A stretch of 64,000 bases of DNA, from positions 46,524-110,523 of IMG/VR virus record IMGVR_UViG_3300000228_000004. One strand, given 5' to 3'. The position numbers and the translations under genes were made by a program. Source of the DNA: a virus. The notes under the pieces were generated by a model. It did no database searches. It worked only from the letters and a program-made list of their open reading frames with translations, and had not been told where the DNA came from. This document shows, piece after piece, positions 59,017-64,000 of this stretch (its first letter is position 1; each line of letters starts with the position of its first letter).

Positions 59017-60617
59017 TTTTGACCACCTATTAATTCAACAACTTTTCTTAACATATATACACTATTTCTTCTGAATGACTCGCCCTGAGTATAAGTTTTA
59101 ATAAGTTCATCGTAGAACGGGTAAACTTCTTTGGGCGTGTTTAATTTAAAATAATTCACATCACTGAGGTTTCTAATAACCTTAGTAGCCGACTCATCAT
59201 CATCAGACCTTTTCACTTCTTCAACTTGAACATCCAAATTTCTTTCTAGTTGTTTTCTATATTCAACTACTCTATCTGACCCAGCTAATACCGTATTGAT
59301 ATTATTTGAAGTTTTATTTATGATTGTAATAAGATTTCCTGTTTGCGCTTGAATAACTTCAACTTCCGGAAAAACCGCTTTTATCATATTTGTTCTTAAA
59401 GCCAGAGTTGCTTTAGTCTCTTTGTTTGTGACTAAAGAAACCGTGAGGGTATCACTCTTAGATAATGCTTGTTCGAACATTTTCTTATGCCCATTAGTGA
59501 ACACCCTAAACTTCCCTATCACCAACGCCCCATTGTTTCCAGGAAGCATCCTCATAATCATCGACTTTGAAGTGAGTTGTATGTCATCTCTGATATTTAG
59601 TTCAGTTTTCTTTTTATGGGAAAAATCTAAATGTAAATCTTTGTAAACCACTTGAGACAAGTCTTTAAGTACATTCGGGAATTTTTGCGTTAGATTTAAG
59701 TTTTTGATAATTTCAGATGCGCTCTCTCTGACCTTTAACCAATATTGGTCTTCATCATTGATTTCCATTTTGTATTTCATTTTAATACTAAACCTAAGTT
59801 CTTTATCATATTGGTCATCTTGTACTATCTTTATGATATCAGAATTCCCTATTGCTGAAGATAAATGTATTACAACCCCTTCTTCTTTAATTGAACCATA
59901 TAGGGATGGGAGTTGCATAAAGAAGTTTTTGGCTAGTTCCCAAAACCCGTATGGCGGTAATCCCTTAAATGAGTTTTCGAAATCTTTGAAATATTCTTTT
60001 GCTCTTTGATTAAGCCCCTTCGGCATATCAATGAGTTTTCCTGAAAAAATAAGTTCTGGTAAATTCAACCCTAGAAGTTTCGCCCATTTTTCCCTATCAG
60101 ACATATCTAAACCGTTCGTCTTGATATCAATTTTACCGTTATTAATAGATACATTCGTAACTTTACCATGCCCAATGAGAACTAATTGCCTAAGTTTTGT
60201 ATATTGGCGAGTCAAAGTTGGCTTGTTCATTAGAAATTCAACAAAGAATTCTGTATTCTTCGGGACTGATTTCCAAGACTTGAAATTGCCAGCCACATGG
60301 TCTATAACTGATTTGTATTGAGACACACCAACAGTTGTATCAAAATCACCTTGGGCGTGAGCGTACTCTGTGCCATATATAATATTCCCTTTATATGAAA
60401 CAATAAACATCTTCCACCATTGAGTGTCATCCCAATCTGAGCCAGTTCTAAGTAAGCTTAGTTTCGTACCATCATATTTACCATAAATGTCAACTGATTG
60501 GTTGATAAGCTGAGTTGCTGTTTTTTCATCGGTCACTACCTTATCAACATTCTTAATGCTGATATCTAAGTACGATGCCTCATTCTCTAAAATAGTATTT
60601 ATACTTTCTCGTATCAC
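59013..60617 (-). CDS. RNA-ligase-like covalent nucleotidyltransferase fused to HxGH-type cytidylyl/adenylyltransferase
   Basis: KYDG, FVEF, EEGVV and IIKIV motifs; then GKFRVFTNGH...AGSDR...SATK. The likely start is GTG 60617 after a GGAGG RBS (MIRESINTILE). Confidence 0.7.
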   Translation of the reverse strand: MIRESINTILENEASYLDISIKNVDKVVTDEKTATQLINQSVDIYGKYDGTKLSLLRTGSDWDDTQWWKMFIVSYKGNIIYGTEYAHAQGDFDTTVGVSQYKSVIDHVAGNFKSWKSVPKNTEFFVEFLMNKPTLTRQYTKLRQLVLIGHGKVTNVSINNGKIDIKTNGLDMSDREKWAKLLGLNLPELIFSGKLIDMPKGLNQRAKEYFKDFENSFKGLPPYGFWELAKNFFMQLPSLYGSIKEEGVVIHLSSAIGNSDIIKIVQDDQYDKELRFSIKMKYKMEINDEDQYWLKVRESASEIIKNLNLTQKFPNVLKDLSQVVYKDLHLDFSHKKKTELNIRDDIQLTSKSMIMRMLPGNNGALVIGKFRVFTNGHKKMFEQALSKSDTLTVSLVTNKETKATLALRTNMIKAVFPEVEVIQAQTGNLITIINKTSNNINTVLAGSDRVVEYRKQLERNLDVQVEEVKRSDDDESATKVIRNLSDVNYFKLNTPKEVYPFYDELIKTYTQGESFRRNSVYMLRKVVELIGGQK

Positions 60618-60706
60618 TAATAACCCCTCCTGAACCGAACCCAGATTCATTTTTTCTTTTTATTATTTAAGTTATACTTTTTATCAGATTCACGGCTATC
60701 TGGGTG

Positions 60707-62011
60707 TTAGCGGATTATAATATAGTCTGATGAAGTGTTTGTTAGGTTCTTACTGTACCTATATAACCACTCAAAGAATTTTTCCTGACCATGATCTTTT
60801 AAAGGGGCAATTAAAAACCCGTGTAAATACTTAACCAAATTAAATGCTTTGGCTTTATCTTCATCACCCAACTCATTGTAACTTTCTAGTGCGTACTCAA
60901 AATTGACTGGTTTTTTAGCCATATTAAAATTGTATTTATTGAAACAAGATTTTAGGAGCTTCTCGAACTCTCTATCGTTCTTTTTCTTATCAATGTCTAT
61001 ATCTGCACCAAAAGATTTTAGTTTCGAAACTAAAGATTGCTTTCCTATCGCGCCTAAGCTATAATTTGAGCCGACTTCTTTTCCCTCTGCGTATATGTTC
61101 AAATTATCCGCTTTATACCCAACTCTTGCACCAAACCCACTTTCAGTCCATGCTATAAAATTTTTATATGACTTCAAGTTTATATCGATCCAAGTCACTC
61201 TGAAATTTTTATTAATTTCTATACCTGAAGAAATAGTTTCGACTTTTGCTTCAGTACCTGAAACTTGCTTCAATGAAATAGGGAGAACATTTTTTTCCTT
61301 CATAGAGTTCGCTAAGAAAGCATTCAAAATTTGTATATCATCTGCTTCTTTGTTGAAGTTTTTTATAAATCCTCTAAACTCCCCCAAGAAGCTTTCTTTT
61401 ATAAGCCAAACATCCCCAGGATTCCAGTTATCTTTATTCAAGCCTGTTAATTTTCTAGCTAATTCATAACACCCTATTGTTTCGACACCTCTCTGTGGTT
61501 CACCATAATACCCAGAAGTGGGGTTTATACCGAACTTTATCAAAGCCCGTAATTGCGTAACTGCACTCGTATAATACAATGTCTTATAAAAAAGTTTCTC
61601 TTTCTCTGATAAAACATTAATTACTTCTTCTTCAGAGACTTCCCCATTTAAAAAGATAAATAAAGATATTTTTTCCTTTAAATCAGTAAGAAATGAAGTG
61701 TTTCCTTTCCCTTTCTCACTGTTGTGGTTAAACAACGAGTTCATTACTGTTCTAGAACCATTTAGGCGTATGACTCTTCCGCTGACATCTTTCAAAAAAA
61801 TAGAAGATATATCTTTAGTACCCCCAATTTCATAAATGTGTTTAGTGTCTTCTTCGACCCACTTAATAAAAGTGTCGCCCCCTTTATAATCACTTAAAAA
61901 TTTTATATTCTTTTGTAAGTTCGGTTTTATATATATCTCAGAACCAGTGCCGTATTTTTCTTTCCAGATATTGGCTTCATCAATCGCGGATAAAATAGCT
62001 TCCCTAATCAC
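60707..62011 (-). CDS. PD-(D/E)xK nuclease-like protein
   Basis: DNWNPGDVW...PISLKQ motif; N-terminal MIREAIL. Confidence 0.55.
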   Translation of the reverse strand: MIREAILSAIDEANIWKEKYGTGSEIYIKPNLQKNIKFLSDYKGGDTFIKWVEEDTKHIYEIGGTKDISSIFLKDVSGRVIRLNGSRTVMNSLFNHNSEKGKGNTSFLTDLKEKISLFIFLNGEVSEEEVINVLSEKEKLFYKTLYYTSAVTQLRALIKFGINPTSGYYGEPQRGVETIGCYELARKLTGLNKDNWNPGDVWLIKESFLGEFRGFIKNFNKEADDIQILNAFLANSMKEKNVLPISLKQVSGTEAKVETISSGIEINKNFRVTWIDINLKSYKNFIAWTESGFGARVGYKADNLNIYAEGKEVGSNYSLGAIGKQSLVSKLKSFGADIDIDKKKNDREFEKLLKSCFNKYNFNMAKKPVNFEYALESYNELGDEDKAKAFNLVKYLHGFLIAPLKDHGQEKFFEWLYRYSKNLTNTSSDYIIIR

Positions 62012-63204
62012 AATATTCTCCTTAATGCTTCGGTAAAGATTGAGTCTTTATCTCTGTCCGGGAAATTACTATAGTACGCGTCGATAATTTTTTGGTTTTG
62101 TTTCACACCAAAGGATTTACAATAATACGCGTAACCAGCGATTTTCACTTCAAAATCGCCTTTTGGGTCACCCCTTTCAATCACCTGAGCAAACTTATCA
62201 AAAAGTTTCTCTTCATATCTTAAAGTAGTGTGTTGTATTTGAGTTTTATCTAGGTAAGAATGCATAAGCTCTATTATACCAACGAATGAACCGAATTTTT
62301 CTACATCTGTTGGGCTATCTTCTAGTCTCCCAAAAGCAAGTTTATATATTTCTTTCACTATTGTGACATAAACATCGGTCTTTGAATCTCTGGCTTTATA
62401 TACTTGTTTACCATCTAAGAATATTGGTTCACCGTTCTCGTTATACATTGGGTCATAAGCAGTTCTTATACCCCTTCCGACAGAAAACTTCAACATTCTT
62501 GGTAATGTATCAGTCTTGTTGCCTGAAATTTTTATTTTGTCTGGTGTTGAAGAAGGTGTTGCTATAACTATATCATCTCTTATAGAAGCCCCACCAATAA
62601 TAGACTGAATAAGGTATTTATGGTGAAGAGCTTTGATACCAGCTTTTGCGTCATCAAAACTTGAACTATGTGAAAACTTTGCCCACTGTGATGGTGTACC
62701 TATGTCATCTTCCATTTCAAGAAATTCCCAGTCTACTTGCGCAGCAACTATCAAACCGCCACCAAAATCAACTCTAAACACTGAATTAATTTGTTCGCCT
62801 ATTGAAGAAACGGTCTCTTTGTTTGAACCGATATATTCGACCCCTTTAAGTATAGTTTCCCCTTCTAACTTATCCAATAAGCGCCAAACATTTCCTTTCG
62901 TGTCATCAGGAACAATGATATCTAAGTCACCAGCATGTGTTTTATATTTGACAATTTCTTCGTCAGGTATATCACCATTAAAGATAAAAGAAGTCGAACC
63001 ATTGAATTGAAGCCCATTTTCTATGTTTTTCTCATTCACCCACAGTGGTTTGCCGTAAGCTTTCTTATACAAAACATTAATCTCTTTAAAAATAGAAATA
63101 AACTTCTTGGTAAAATTACTTCTCCCAATATCTTTTATTGGGATTTTTTCTGCTCTTAATTGTTCACCTGACCGCTTATTTATACCAGTTACATTTCCAC
63201 CCAT
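62008..63204 (-). CDS. Pol-beta superfamily nucleotidyltransferase
   Basis: MGGN, NGST, GDLDIIV, QVDWE, KALHH. Confidence 0.75.
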   Translation of the reverse strand: MGGNVTGINKRSGEQLRAEKIPIKDIGRSNFTKKFISIFKEINVLYKKAYGKPLWVNEKNIENGLQFNGSTSFIFNGDIPDEEIVKYKTHAGDLDIIVPDDTKGNVWRLLDKLEGETILKGVEYIGSNKETVSSIGEQINSVFRVDFGGGLIVAAQVDWEFLEMEDDIGTPSQWAKFSHSSSFDDAKAGIKALHHKYLIQSIIGGASIRDDIVIATPSSTPDKIKISGNKTDTLPRMLKFSVGRGIRTAYDPMYNENGEPIFLDGKQVYKARDSKTDVYVTIVKEIYKLAFGRLEDSPTDVEKFGSFVGIIELMHSYLDKTQIQHTTLRYEEKLFDKFAQVIERGDPKGDFEVKIAGYAYYCKSFGVKQNQKIIDAYYSNFPDRDKDSIFTEALRRIL

Positions 63205-63491
63205 CAGTAACCCCTCATATTTCTATATTCTGATCTTTCTCTGCCCAAGAAAACTTTTGGTGAAGTTCTATTGAACTCCCTTAATGCATTAAATGCGTCT
63301 TTGAATATTTTATTTGCGGAGATATATTCTCGTGAAGTTCTTATTTCTTCAGGCACCAATCCGCCTTTATTTTTACCAGCAAGCGTGAGCAACTTTGATT
63401 CAGCATCTTCTACACCCTGTTCCAACTTTTCTTTTTCAGTTTTCCAGTTGTTGTACGGGATATCAACATTTTCAATTATTTCTCTGAGCAT
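63204..63491 (-). CDS. hypothetical protein with MLREIIE motif
   Basis: Tightly packed ORF. Confidence 0.55.
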   Translation of the reverse strand: MLREIIENVDIPYNNWKTEKEKLEQGVEDAESKLLTLAGKNKGGLVPEEIRTSREYISANKIFKDAFNALREFNRTSPKVFLGRERSEYRNMRGY

Positions 63492-63492
63492 T

Positions 63493-63735
63493 TTATTTCA
63501 CATCTTTCAGATTGAATTTATTCTGTATTTTTTCTATTTCAACATTAAATGGTGAATTTAGTTTTTTCTCTATATACATAAACTTCTTGTCTGAAGTCAC
63601 GATTACATCAGTTAGCTTCCCAAGTTCAAATACCGCTTCTTTATGGTACGGTAATGTACATACCTCACCATCCCAATTATAAATGGTCTTATCAATCATT
63701 TCATCACTGAGTTTTCTTATTGCTTCTCTTAACAT
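63493..63735 (-). CDS. hypothetical protein with MLREAI motif
   Basis: ORF below an early promoter. Confidence 0.55.
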   Translation of the reverse strand: MLREAIRKLSDEMIDKTIYNWDGEVCTLPYHKEAVFELGKLTDVIVTSDKKFMYIEKKLNSPFNVEIEKIQNKFNLKDVK

Positions 63736-63758
63736 CTGTCAATCCTATTTTGTTGTTT

Positions 63759-63791
63759 ATTATACCGTAACTAAGCTTAAAACCACCTTAA
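63759..63791 (-). promoter_or_regulatory. early promoter
   Basis: TTAAGGTGGTTTTAAGCTTAGTTACGGTATAAT; TTAA overlaps the upstream stop. Confidence 0.8.
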
Positions 63792-64000
63792 CCAGCATTT
63801 GCTTCATCATCGAGTTCTTTTAAAGTTTTGAATTCTTCTCTTTTAAGGTTCAATCTTTGTCTCATTGCTTGTTGTTCAGCATCGTACCATCTCTTTGAAT
63901 ATAATACATTAGAATCTTTAACATCAGTTATTCTTACTTTATATGAACCGTCTTGATTTTTATCCAGAACTTCACCTCTAGCATTATTCCACATATATTT
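63788..64000 (-). CDS. hypothetical protein, 5' end probably outside the window
   Basis: Open frame to the window edge. Confidence 0.4.
   Translation of the reverse strand, partial: KYMWNNARGEVLDKNQDGSYKVRITDVKDSNVLYSKRWYDAEQQAMRQRLNLKREEFKTLKELDDEANAG

Noticed and set aside
39740-60670. TTAAATA as the late promoter consensus (e.g. 39743, 41121, 54223, 60664)
   Set aside because: Suggestive upstream of several motif-bearing genes, but too short and AT-rich to support without statistics.
1200-63555. Numerous plus-strand ORFs in the track
   Set aside because: They are antisense shadows of minus-strand genes or tRNAs, with no RBS or motifs and Ser/Phe/Ile-rich composition.

Overview
This is a 64-kb segment of a large, AT-rich T4-like (Tevenvirinae/Eucampyvirinae-like) myophage genome with essentially all genes on the minus strand. 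The host is probably Campylobacterota (Sulfurovum/Sulfurimonas-like), inferred from an 'AGGDIAPVE' outer-membrane beta-barrel gene, a Campylobacter-type dimeric dUTPase and TTAA-periodic TATAAT promoters. Left to right it holds: (1) a thymidine-hypermodification cluster, including a PLP enzyme::5-hmdU DNA kinase fusion missed by the ORF track; (2) a family-B DNA polymerase in three separate genes; (3) core replication/recombination genes (gp41, gp62, gp44, gp33, gp46/47) and a UvsX/RecA split by a naturally split intein; (4) a tmRNA plus an unknown ~350-nt structured RNA; (5) Ro60 preceded by a tandem array of four Y-RNA-like elements with a shared covarying stem and different effector domains; (6) GroEL/GroES; (7) an island of about 11 tRNAs, a tRNA-like RNA and several promoter-driven hairpin RNAs; (8) nucleotide metabolism genes, DNA ligase, and Acb1-like and Tad1-like anti-defence genes. 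Two peptide motifs recur across the window. A C-terminal [LIV]-[SDE]-E-W-[FLV] motif (probable sliding-clamp-binding motif) is shared by the polymerase, gp33 and the DNA-modifying enzymes. An N-terminal M-[LI]-[RK]-E-[AI]-[IV] motif on about 15 unrelated proteins is a probable capsid-targeting signal. All family calls are by motif recognition only; no searches were run.
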